Positions 15,951 to 24,124 of a stretch of 26,136 nucleotides of DNA are shown here, in pieces. The position numbers and the translations under genes are program-made. The first letter of the stretch is position 1; each line of letters begins with the position of its first letter. The notes under the pieces were generated by a model. That model worked only from the letters and a program-made list of their open reading frames with translations. It searched no databases and had not been told where the DNA came from. The stretch is from a virus (taxonomy: Duplodnaviria > Caudoviricetes): positions 1-26,136 of the IMG/VR virus record IMGVR_UViG_3300036802_000136, one strand, 5' to 3'.

Positions 15951-16181
15951 TCATCCCTCCAGCATCTTAGGGATGGCCGTATTAGCATTAATCCTGTCAT
16001 CAGATAGCTTTATTGCATCTAGCACAAGGGAACCATTTGCAATAACTTGAGAAGCGACACTTGTTACAGCCTTTGCTCTGCTAATCTCGTCAGCCAGTTT
16101 CTCTCCGGTCAGTTCTTCATCACTCAGGCGCTCTAATTGAGCAAATAAATGATTATTTAAATCTCCCAATGTGTTTCGCAT
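15951..16181 (-). CDS. Hypothetical 76-aa phage protein coupled to the HNH gene
   Basis: SD GGAGG; MRNTLGDLNNHLFAQLERL...EISRAKAV; 3 nt from the HNH start. Confidence 0.85.
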   Translation of the reverse strand: MRNTLGDLNNHLFAQLERLSDEELTGEKLADEISRAKAVTSVASQVIANGSLVLDAIKLSDDRINANTAIPKMLEG

Positions 16182-16303
16182 AGTCGTCCTCCCACTAATT
16201 TGAACTCTACATCTTCCGTCTTAACAATTGTCCGCGACCTAACATTGTTCCATATTATTGAATCTATTCTCCTGAATCTTCGTATTAGATTCGAGGTGAT
16301 AAA

Positions 16304-16606
16304 ATGACATTTGAAAAAATAAAACTATGGGTAAGAAGAATATCAGGAGTAACATTTATATTCGCAATAGTGAGTTTGATCTTGATAATTTCTATTATGA
16401 TTTTCTTAGCATTTTTTGATGCCAAAGCAATCACTGATGCAGCAATAATGAATCGACTAACCCTCATACTAGCCGCATTGTCATTGCCAGGTTTGTTTAT
16501 TCAGTTAATTTCGTTGCTAACTATCAATGAAAAGAAAACATTTACACTAGAAAAAAAGTGTCCTAATTGTAAGCAACTCATTGAATTAAAACTTACTGAA
16601 GATTGA
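16304..16606 (+). CDS. Two-TM membrane protein with C-terminal CPNC; counter-oriented accessory gene
   Basis: SD GAGGTG; two hydrophobic helices; AT-rich; has its own terminator. Confidence 0.8.
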   Translation: MTFEKIKLWVRRISGVTFIFAIVSLILIISIMIFLAFFDAKAITDAAIMNRLTLILAALSLPGLFIQLISLLTINEKKTFTLEKKCPNCKQLIELKLTED

Positions 16607-16635
16607 ACGGATGGGATTTGCTCCATCCGTTCTTT
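16605..16635 (+). terminator. Intrinsic terminator between convergent genes
   Basis: GAACGGATGG / CCATCCGTTC followed by TTT. Confidence 0.75.
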
Positions 16636-16638
16636 GTA

Positions 16639-17073
16639 TTAGTCCCAGAGAGGGAGCTTCTTAACCCGAACTTTCAACCCTTCCATAGGTAGATCTGGAG
16701 TATTAGCGATGTAATAGTCATTGCCATTGTGTTCAACATGAGAGTAAATCCAGCGGCTGTCATCGGAAGGATCAACGTACAAAAATTCAATTGACGCACC
16801 AGATGTATAGTAGGCATGTTTTCCAGCTGCGTACCTGCCATCTTTCCCTTTGTGAAGTATCCCTTCTTCAATCACAGGTGCCGTCACTTGGCGTATATAC
16901 CGCCTAACCTCGTCCAATCTACTGCTAATCTGATAAAACATCCCCCGAAGATACATCTCTTGAGGATTCCCCTGGTTGTATCCTCCCTCATTTTCAGCCT
17001 CATTGATCATATTCGTAACCCACTTAATTTGCGGTTCCAGCTTCTCTAGCTCCACCTGTATTAGGTTTTTCAT
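16639..17073 (-). CDS. Hypothetical phage protein, DUF5348-like
   Basis: EEGILHKGKDGRY...YTSGASIEF...W...VEH...YYI...GLKVR. Confidence 0.75.
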   Translation of the reverse strand: MKNLIQVELEKLEPQIKWVTNMINEAENEGGYNQGNPQEMYLRGMFYQISSRLDEVRRYIRQVTAPVIEEGILHKGKDGRYAAGKHAYYTSGASIEFLYVDPSDDSRWIYSHVEHNGNDYYIANTPDLPMEGLKVRVKKLPLWD

Positions 17074-17077
17074 TTCT

Positions 17078-17260
17078 TCACTCCCCCTTCCTTAATCTTT
17101 TTAGCTCCGTCGAATACCGATAAAAGCTCTCTCCATCTCGCTCATCCAGCGCTTGGTCTATCAGTGTCCGAAGCTCTGCAATCCGATGTTTCCGCACTGC
17201 CGTTTCCCACACAACTTCGATATATTTATCAATTGCGAGTGCATAAACCGCAAAGATCAA
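17078..17260 (-). CDS. IDEAL domain protein
   Basis: LIDQALDERDGESFYRYSTEL; TTG start with SD GGAGGT. Confidence 0.8.
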   Translation of the reverse strand: MIFAVYALAIDKYIEVVWETAVRKHRIAELRTLIDQALDERDGESFYRYSTELKRLRKGE

Positions 17261-17292
17261 AGCGACACCTCCCTAAGTAAGAGAAAAGCAGC

Positions 17293-18120
17293 TTACGCTG
17301 CTCCTCCGCCACCCTTCATTTTCGTTGCTGCCAGCTTGCGATACGCCGTCCATCTGCTCGACAATTGACCACTTGTCATGCCATTTTCATTGGCAATTTC
17401 GCGCCATGTCTTATCTTCATTGATGCGTTTCTCCAGAAGAACAGGGAACGGGATTGGCTGTCCATCATATTCGACTTCAGGAAAGATTGGGCGTTCAGCA
17501 AGGATAAAAGCGTCCAGTTCTTCCTTACTTGTCTCATCTGCAGCAGCTTCACCAAGATCAGAGCTTTCACCTTTCAAGACTTGTTCCCTTGATTCATCTG
17601 GTTCACCCTCGTTATCTTGGCTGTCAGTTCCAGCTCCATCATTCATCCAATTCGGTTCGAGTTCTGCCCCCTCTGAATGCTCATCAGAACCGCCATCATT
17701 AATATCTTCTTCAGATGATTGAATGCCATTAGCGTCTTCTTCCGCATCCGGCTCAACAATCTCAATATCATCATTCTTCTGCTCGCCGCTCGATTCCCCC
17801 TCCTGCTTTTCGAAGAGGTCACCTTGATTGGGATCTTCTTCGCCAATCTTATCTGCGCTCATAACGACACCCGAGGCATCAGTTGTGACACGACGGCCAG
17901 TGACTTCTCTGTATATATCTCCGTCCTCTTCATCGAAATCGAAAGCAGCCTGAGGATCGCCCAGGAAGACATTGATCTTTTCCCCTTGATTGCTACTGAG
18001 GAACAAGAAGTTCTCCTGCATGACTCTCAGTGGCACAAGCAATTTGACTTCAACATCGGCATCTCCGACTTTAATTCCTTTGGCAATAGTTGCACTGAAT
18101 TTTGCATAATCCTTTATCAT
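17293..18120 (-). CDS. Hypothetical protein with long acidic linker and C-terminal HTH-like segment
   Basis: D/E-rich centre; KTWREIANENGMTSGQLSSRW. Confidence 0.8.
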   Translation of the reverse strand: MIKDYAKFSATIAKGIKVGDADVEVKLLVPLRVMQENFLFLSSNQGEKINVFLGDPQAAFDFDEEDGDIYREVTGRRVTTDASGVVMSADKIGEEDPNQGDLFEKQEGESSGEQKNDDIEIVEPDAEEDANGIQSSEEDINDGGSDEHSEGAELEPNWMNDGAGTDSQDNEGEPDESREQVLKGESSDLGEAAADETSKEELDAFILAERPIFPEVEYDGQPIPFPVLLEKRINEDKTWREIANENGMTSGQLSSRWTAYRKLAATKMKGGGGAA

Positions 18121-18141
18121 ATCGATCTTCCCCTCAGTTTT

Positions 18142-18555
18142 TTATTGGAGTTGCTTAATCTTCACTTCAATGCGCGGACGTGCGCTGTATCGTTTCCTTA
18201 CGAATGCGTCCACAACTTGGCTATCATCCTTCCAGATGATGCCCTTCAGCGCATCCTTAACACCTTTCAGATAGTTGTCCGCATCAGGCTTAGTCACTGG
18301 GAGAATATCACCACGCTCTGCAGCTGCTGCTTTTTTCTGACTGAAGCTCTTAGGTGTAGATCGAAAAGCAGTAACCGCAATTCCGAGAGGTCCTTCCAGC
18401 AGTGCTGCTGGCGCGTGTTTACTGGCAGCCAATCGGACATAATCCTTATAATCTCTTGATTTGGCGGGATCATAGGCTCTCGGGAATCCACCGACAGTGC
18501 TAAATTTAGGCCGGCCCTGGGCGACCGGTTCTCCGTAAACCGTAAACTGAATCAT
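18142..18555 (-). CDS. rusA: RusA-family Holliday junction resolvase
   Basis: GEPVAQGRP; KPDADNYLKGVKDALKGIIWKDDSQVV. Confidence 0.95.
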   Translation of the reverse strand: MIQFTVYGEPVAQGRPKFSTVGGFPRAYDPAKSRDYKDYVRLAASKHAPAALLEGPLGIAVTAFRSTPKSFSQKKAAAAERGDILPVTKPDADNYLKGVKDALKGIIWKDDSQVVDAFVRKRYSARPRIEVKIKQLQ

Positions 18556-18703
18556 TGCGTTTCCCTCCTCGATGCTTAACCGGCATCATCGCTGTATCAA
18601 GCACGTACACCATGCCTGCCATCGCTCCAGTTTCATCAACAACTACGAAGTAATTTTGCTGCTGAAAGAACGGATCAATTGGCTTGCGCTTCTTTGCGGC
18701 CAT
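18506..18703 (-). CDS. Hypothetical 65-aa protein
   Basis: SD GAGGGG; overlaps both neighbours in the operon. Confidence 0.6.
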   Translation of the reverse strand: MAAKKRKPIDPFFQQQNYFVVVDETGAMAGMVYVLDTAMMPVKHRGGKRNDSVYGLRRTGRPGPA

Positions 18704-18887
18704 TTAGATCTACTCCCCTCATTCGTATACCGATTGCTAATTCAAACTCAGCAATGCCTTCGTCCACTTCCGTTGGATCCATGTCCGAAAACTCAACTAG
18801 CAGATCCGTACGTCCCTGAGCAACTCCGGTATCTAGATAATGTCGACGCATCTGGTTATACACGTGCCAATAATTCCTCCCGCTCAT
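18675..18887 (-). CDS. Hypothetical 70-aa protein
   Basis: TGATG coupling to the upstream 56-aa ORF. Confidence 0.7.
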   Translation of the reverse strand: MSGRNYWHVYNQMRRHYLDTGVAQGRTDLLVEFSDMDPTEVDEGIAEFELAIGIRMRGVDLNGRKEAQAN

Positions 18888-19057
18888 CAGGCCCCCTTGC
18901 GGATCGTCCGCTTCTTCGTCTTCCCATCGACGCTGATCTTGGGGATCAGCACCAGTTCCGCAGGCGTCTCCCGCTCAACCAGCCAATTATCCGGATTAAG
19001 CCGACTGGCCCGGATCGTTTCCTTCTGCCGGCGCGTCGGCCGTTTTCCCTGCTTCAT
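18887..19057 (-). CDS. 56-aa basic phage protein (DUF6906-like; below the ORF-track cut-off)
   Basis: MKQGKRPTRRQKETIRASRLNPDNWLVERETPAELVLIPKISVDGKTKKRTIRKGA; SD GGAG; its stop overlaps the next start. Confidence 0.75.
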   Translation of the reverse strand: MKQGKRPTRRQKETIRASRLNPDNWLVERETPAELVLIPKISVDGKTKKRTIRKGA

Positions 19058-19292
19058 CTTCTCCATCCCCCTTGTTCAGCTGCTTCCACTCTTCAGGCCA
19101 CACATACTGACCGTCAATCATCTGTACGACGATAGAATCGCCGGCATCTGTCACCCGTACCTCGCGGAACATCCCTGCCTTACCGTGAAGCTGTGTATAG
19201 CGATAAATTTCCTCTGGAGTGTTCAGTGTCACCGAAGGTGTATGCCAGCCGCCCGGTTCCGGGAAGCAAAACCCATAAAATTGCTCTTCCAT
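18996..19292 (-). CDS. Hypothetical 98-aa protein
   Basis: Start moved to ATG 19292 (MEEQFY) with SD AAAGGAG at the dnaB stop. Confidence 0.7.
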   Translation of the reverse strand: MEEQFYGFCFPEPGGWHTPSVTLNTPEEIYRYTQLHGKAGMFREVRVTDAGDSIVVQMIDGQYVWPEEWKQLNKGDGEDEAGKTADAPAEGNDPGQSA

Positions 19293-19302
19293 ATTGGCTC
19301 CT

Positions 19303-20721
19303 TTACTGCGCCCATTGGCGCTTTTCAATGTCTTTCCGTGGTGCTGGCTCACTCTGCGCTCTTTCGTAATTTACAAATTTGTTGTAATTCTTCATGAATA
19401 CCAGTTCCACAGTGCCTACGGGACCGTTCCGTTGTTTGGCAATAATGATTTCAATGATGTTCTTTTTCTCAGTTTCTTTGTCGTAATAATCGTCGCGGTA
19501 AAGGAACGCTACAATGTCTGCATCCTGTTCAATTGCCCCCGATTCGCGAAGGTCACTCATCATTGGACGCTTGTCCTGTCGCTGCTCAACACCTCGGCTG
19601 AGTTGGGATAACGCGATAACTGGCACTTCAAGTTCCCGGGCTATTTGCTTCAAGGTTCGGCTAATCTGTGATACCTCTTCCTGCCGGTTCGCACCACTGC
19701 GCCCTCTACCCTGGATAAGCTGCAGATAATCAATCACGATCATTCCCAGCTTGCCTTCTTTCTTCAACCGCCGGCACTTGGCACGAATCTCATTCACCGT
19801 AATACCAGGGGTATCGTCAATGTGAATATCCGCCTCCGACAATAATCCAACGGCCATCGCCATACGTTCCCAATCATCACCTTCAAACTTCCCTGTTCGC
19901 ATACGACTAGCATCGATCTGAGCTTCAGCACAGATCATTCTTTGTACAAGCTGCGCGGCACTCATCTCCAAACTGAAGATAGCGACGGTCTCCTTCGCTC
20001 GTACTCCGACATTTTGAGCAATGTTCAGTGCAAAAGCCGTTTTACCGACCGATGGCCGTGCCGCTACGATAATTAAGTCGTTTTTCTGGAATCCGGCAGT
20101 CATCTTATCGAGATCAGTAAACCCAGACTCAATCCCTGTGATTCCACGGGTTATATCACGGACGTTGTACCGCTGCTCTGCCTCTTCCCAGACCTGCATC
20201 AATGCATCTTTGATCCCAATAAACTCACGTACTGGAACCGTCTGGTCTGAGAGTTTAGATACAGCAGTCTCAGCCATTGCAACGAACCCTTTAACATCCT
20301 GCTCTTCCCCAGCATTGCGAAGCAGATCTAGGGCCGTATCAATCGCTTGACGACGAAGGAACATCTCCTGTACTCGCTCAACATAGTAGGCTGCGTTCGC
20401 TGTTGTCGGCACTGCATGAGCCAACTTCGACAGATAACTAACCCCACCAACCTTGTCGATTTCCTCGCTGTCCTGCAATTGTGAAGTCAGGCTGATCAAA
20501 TCAATAGGCTGTTCCGCATTGCTGAGACAACGCATCGCTCTGTATATCCGTGCATGTCCTTCGTCGCTAAATTCCCCGCCTTGCAATATATCTGCTGAAG
20601 CTTCATAAGCCGACTGATCTATCAAGGCCGCACCTAGTACCGCTTGCTCAGCTTGAAGGTCAACTGGCATTTCAATTCCCGTCGCCTCTAAAAAACCATC
20701 GCGATCAAGCATTCGTTTCAC
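19303..20721 (-). CDS. dnaB: Replicative DNA helicase
   Basis: AEQAVLG, AARPSVGKT, FSLEM, IDYLQL, LSQLSR and DLRESGAIEQDAD motifs. Confidence 0.97.
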   Translation of the reverse strand: MKRMLDRDGFLEATGIEMPVDLQAEQAVLGAALIDQSAYEASADILQGGEFSDEGHARIYRAMRCLSNAEQPIDLISLTSQLQDSEEIDKVGGVSYLSKLAHAVPTTANAAYYVERVQEMFLRRQAIDTALDLLRNAGEEQDVKGFVAMAETAVSKLSDQTVPVREFIGIKDALMQVWEEAEQRYNVRDITRGITGIESGFTDLDKMTAGFQKNDLIIVAARPSVGKTAFALNIAQNVGVRAKETVAIFSLEMSAAQLVQRMICAEAQIDASRMRTGKFEGDDWERMAMAVGLLSEADIHIDDTPGITVNEIRAKCRRLKKEGKLGMIVIDYLQLIQGRGRSGANRQEEVSQISRTLKQIARELEVPVIALSQLSRGVEQRQDKRPMMSDLRESGAIEQDADIVAFLYRDDYYDKETEKKNIIEIIIAKQRNGPVGTVELVFMKNYNKFVNYERAQSEPAPRKDIEKRQWAQ

Positions 20722-21049
20722 CTCGAAGCTTCCGCATTACTGTTTCCCAGTAACCTTCAGGTGGTGGTTTATGACTAGACACCCATTCATCGAGATTGGC
20801 AAAATGTTCTGCAGCAGCTTCCTTGCTGCGCTGGCTATCTTGCAAATCTCCCAACCGGCCACGAATATTTGCAATCTTTGGCTCTACCGTTTCAGTCAGA
20901 ATATAGCGATCTATATTCTCCTGGGCTGTTTCCACCGGAAAATCCTTGAGATATTTATAATCTGCTTTTACCTTTTCGACGGAAGCATCAAAAAACGGGA
21001 ACTGCTTCTTAATCTCGCGGTAAAGCTGAGCAACTTCAACCACTTCCAC
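20705..21049 (-). CDS. Putative helicase loader/inhibitor (SPP1 G39P-like)
   Basis: 114 aa between the initiator and dnaB, overlapping both; YLKDFPVETAQENI...PKIANI. Confidence 0.65.
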   Translation of the reverse strand: MEVVEVAQLYREIKKQFPFFDASVEKVKADYKYLKDFPVETAQENIDRYILTETVEPKIANIRGRLGDLQDSQRSKEAAAEHFANLDEWVSSHKPPPEGYWETVMRKLRGETNA

Positions 21050-22016
21050 GCTTTTTCTCCTCCTCGATGAACTGTTCGAGCTCGTCGATTTCCTGTTGCC
21101 GTTGGCTTTTCCGACGCTCTCTTGAGGCTCCCAGGGCGACTGTTCCCTGCTTTGAAGCCGCAGGGGGAGTTAGGTACCGCTCAAGAAATGAGGACAATTC
21201 ATCCCAGCAGCCATAAATCACGGTTTTGCAATACGAGAACGTCCGGATCTTGTCCGAAGATCTCCTCCGTTTGGCTTTCTTCCGGGCAATTGCCAGGTCG
21301 ATGAAAAAGTATACGAGATCCAGCGGCATGGCCTCGTTCGCAATCTCACGAACATGTTCCCAATCGGCAGTAACGGAACTGAGTAGCCCGTTATGTTGCA
21401 TGTAATACTGCTCGATTTGAAGGACACGCTGTTCGACTGTCGGTCTATCAAGATCTATTTGGCCTGTGGAGACGGCACCCACAGCGGCGGTCAGCACCCC
21501 GGATCTTGAACTCAACTCTTTTTGATCATCTTCTTCCAAGCCATTAATCCATCTATCAATCAAAATCTTTATAATATCTTTATTAGATCGGAAGTTTTCT
21601 TCCGGGTGATCGGAAGTTTTCTTCCTATCTCCATCCTCCAGATCGGAAGTTTTTTTCCTATCTCCATCGTCAGAGTGGAAATTTACTTCCGGTCTATTTT
21701 GATATTTTTTTGAGTTCCGAACACTGAAAATAAGTCCATATGGAGCGCGGGTCACTCGTATGTAACCATGCTCCTCTAATCTTTTGATCCAATCGCGGAT
21801 TGTTCTTCCGGTCACTCCAAAAGTTTCCTCCAACTCACTGCTGCGGATCGGCTTGTTCCCGAGGACAATACCCCAGACAGTTCCCTCTCTTTCCTTCTCC
21901 GATGTCGTGGAGCTGATACACCACAGGAAAAGCCATATCGCGCTGCCTATTTGTTTGTAATGTTGTGGCTGCAAAAGCCCTGAGTATGTCGGAAACGGGT
22001 AACTGCCTTCGGGCAT
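21036..22016 (-). CDS. Phage replication initiator protein
   Basis: N-terminal winged HTH (TGRTIRDWIKRLEEHGYI); internal repeats; DnaD-like IRTFSYC segment; upstream of the loader and helicase. Confidence 0.85.
   Translation of the reverse strand: MPEGSYPFPTYSGLLQPQHYKQIGSAIWLFLWCISSTTSEKEREGTVWGIVLGNKPIRSSELEETFGVTGRTIRDWIKRLEEHGYIRVTRAPYGLIFSVRNSKKYQNRPEVNFHSDDGDRKKTSDLEDGDRKKTSDHPEENFRSNKDIIKILIDRWINGLEEDDQKELSSRSGVLTAAVGAVSTGQIDLDRPTVEQRVLQIEQYYMQHNGLLSSVTADWEHVREIANEAMPLDLVYFFIDLAIARKKAKRRRSSDKIRTFSYCKTVIYGCWDELSSFLERYLTPPAASKQGTVALGASRERRKSQRQQEIDELEQFIEEEKKRGSG
21545..21690. repeat. Probable phage replication origin: four iterons plus an AT-rich tract within the initiator gene
   Basis: GATCGGAAGTTTT(C/T)TTCC at 21586, 21608 and 21641, degenerate copy at 21673; AT-rich stretch ~21545-21585. 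Confidence 0.75.
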
Positions 22017-22043
22017 TCAATCATCCCCTATAAATCATTCATA

Positions 22044-22223
22044 TCAATCTCTATCATCCTGGAGGTAAACGATCGGATATTTCACCCGCTTCACCGTCCA
22101 GCCTGGGTAAGCTCGCGCGAAGTATTCTCGTGTCTCCCGCTTAAACTCTTCTTGATCTGCCTTCATCAACTTCCAGATCCGCTCCCCCATCATGCTCTGC
22201 ATCATAGGTTTATCGTTGATCAT
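22044..22223 (-). CDS. 59-aa hypothetical protein (below the ORF-track cut-off)
   Basis: ATGA overlap with the MBL gene stop; MINDKPMMQSMMGERIWKLMKADQEEFKRETREYFARAYPGWTVKRVKYPIVYLQDDRD. Confidence 0.75.
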   Translation of the reverse strand: MINDKPMMQSMMGERIWKLMKADQEEFKRETREYFARAYPGWTVKRVKYPIVYLQDDRD

Positions 22224-22927
22224 CGATTTGCCACCCTAACAAGAGCTCCAGTAGTCTCTTGAATCTCTCTCTTAAACCGTTCAGCGTCACTATTACCGTC
22301 AGATAGATGCAGTAACCAAATCTCCTCAACATTACGGGTATCATTGGATTTCAAAAAATCTTTCACATGTTCCAATCCGAAATGTGAGCGAAGTAGCCGT
22401 TTCTTTTGGGCAGGATGCAAGCGACCTGCAGTCACCCGTTTATTAACGATATCTAAGGAATAATTGCACTCCACCATGATGTGAGTAAGGTCTTTGAAAC
22501 GATGCCTGCAATAGTAGGTATCAGTCAGGAAGACTAGTTTATCTCCCTCTGTATTGGCTAGCAGGAATCCTAGCGGTTCCTCCACATCATGCTGAATATC
22601 AAACGGTAGAATTGTCCAAGTACCAATCGTGAACTGTTCCAACGCTTTTATGACCTTCAGGCGATGTCCTGTTAACCCTCTAGCAGTTGCCGTGCCTGCG
22701 CTGGTGTAAATGTTAATGCCTGTCCTCATAATGTCAGGAGCAGCCTTGCTATGATCTAGGTGCTCGTGAGTGACGAGGCAACCTGCAATGTCCGACATTC
22801 TAAAATTAAGTGCACGTTGTATGGACTTATAAGGAAAACCGGCTTCCAGCAGAAGCACGGTATGCCCGTCAGATATGCGATAGGCGTTACCGGCGCTGCT
22901 AGAGCCGAGACATTGGATGTCGATCAT
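22220..22927 (-). CDS. MBL-fold metallo-hydrolase (probable exonuclease partner of RecT)
   Basis: GSSSAGN, THEHLDH, HD, TDT, VECNY and LHLS motifs. Confidence 0.92.
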   Translation of the reverse strand: MIDIQCLGSSSAGNAYRISDGHTVLLLEAGFPYKSIQRALNFRMSDIAGCLVTHEHLDHSKAAPDIMRTGINIYTSAGTATARGLTGHRLKVIKALEQFTIGTWTILPFDIQHDVEEPLGFLLANTEGDKLVFLTDTYYCRHRFKDLTHIMVECNYSLDIVNKRVTAGRLHPAQKKRLLRSHFGLEHVKDFLKSNDTRNVEEIWLLHLSDGNSDAERFKREIQETTGALVRVANR

Positions 22928-23871
22928 CAGAACTGCATCTCTTGTTCAAGAGGAGGGACATCGTCAGCAAAATTGTTAGGATCATTACCAGCCTGAGCTT
23001 TATTTCCAGTCGGTTGTCGTTTGGTCTCAGTAGTTTTTGACTTCTCTGCTGTTGGAGCTTCAGTAGCCTTCTTATTCGCTGCTGCTTCCGGTGTGATATC
23101 AATAATCTCTCCGTTCGCATATTCTGCAATCTCTGCTTCCACCTCAGCTTCAGCAATCATTTCATCCTGTGCCTTGAAATGTTTCATGATCAAGCTACTA
23201 TCATCGGAGGTGTTCATATAAGCCTTGCATGCTCGATTAATGACAGTACGCTTTGCCATCTCACCAGGGAATTCATTATGCGTACTGTTCTCCTTGTCGG
23301 GTCCTTGCTTCGACTTCTTCCATGATTGACGAATCTCACTCATGGTCATAATCTCGGTGTACTCATTACCGTCTTCCCAATAGATCGTGCAGTATGCTCC
23401 AATAATCTTGCTATCATCGATGTTTTTAAACGCTGATTTATGCTTAGTGATTTTCTTACGACTGCGAACAATTTCGAATTCAAATTCATCATCCTGGTAG
23501 ATGATCTGAGCATCGATGTCAGAAGCTCCTGTAACATTCTTTGTGACTGCCATCGTCCCAAAGTAACTCCGCTGGAATGTGAGCTTTGTACCGTACACGA
23601 TGAAGTAACCTTGTTTCTTAGCCGGATTCAAACCCTGAACAACCATATCCAGCAATGAGTTCGCTATACTATCCTTCGTGCATGTCTCAAGAGCGGGCTT
23701 ATAATTCTTATCCTGAACAGTTTGAAGGAGCAACCATGCAGATTTCATAGCATTCTCTGGACTGTAATTTGCGGGGAAGTGAATCTCTCCGCGTTCCTGA
23801 AACTGCCTTACTTTCTCCGCCACCACATCGACGGTGTCGCGTTTTACTAAAGCAAGTTGTGCTGTACTCAA
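22927..23871 (-). CDS. recT: RecT-family single-strand annealing recombinase
   Basis: SIANSLLDMVVQGLNPAKKQGYFIVYG...QRSYFG...EMAKRTVINRACK. Confidence 0.93.
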   Translation of the reverse strand: MSTAQLALVKRDTVDVVAEKVRQFQERGEIHFPANYSPENAMKSAWLLLQTVQDKNYKPALETCTKDSIANSLLDMVVQGLNPAKKQGYFIVYGTKLTFQRSYFGTMAVTKNVTGASDIDAQIIYQDDEFEFEIVRSRKKITKHKSAFKNIDDSKIIGAYCTIYWEDGNEYTEIMTMSEIRQSWKKSKQGPDKENSTHNEFPGEMAKRTVINRACKAYMNTSDDSSLIMKHFKAQDEMIAEAEVEAEIAEYANGEIIDITPEAAANKKATEAPTAEKSKTTETKRQPTGNKAQAGNDPNNFADDVPPLEQEMQF

Positions 23872-23884
23872 TTAAATCTCCTCC

Positions 23885-24124
23885 TTAATCGCAATAAGTT
23901 CTGTTGCAGTGTGGACAACCAGTAACTAGTTCGGAAGCAGCTTTTTCAAAAGTAATCCCCGATGACTCACGTCCATCGGATTTCCCCTTCCATACATGGC
24001 GACCAGGCTCATATATGTTCTGATTACATGACCAACAGTGGCCATTGTTTGGCGCGAAATGAGGAGCTTGGTGCTCCTCACAATACTTTTTCTGGGCATT
24101 AATGCTTTCCTGTACGTCGTACAT
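23885..24124 (-). CDS. 79-aa putative zinc-binding protein
   Basis: CWSC and CPHC pairs; abuts the ATPase stop codon. Confidence 0.8.
   Translation of the reverse strand: MYDVQESINAQKKYCEEHQAPHFAPNNGHCWSCNQNIYEPGRHVWKGKSDGRESSGITFEKAASELVTGCPHCNRTYCD

Noticed and set aside
21586-21690. Repeats as a mini-CRISPR array
   Set aside because: Spacers are only 4-15 nt and partly identical, the repeats lie within a CDS, and there are no cas genes.
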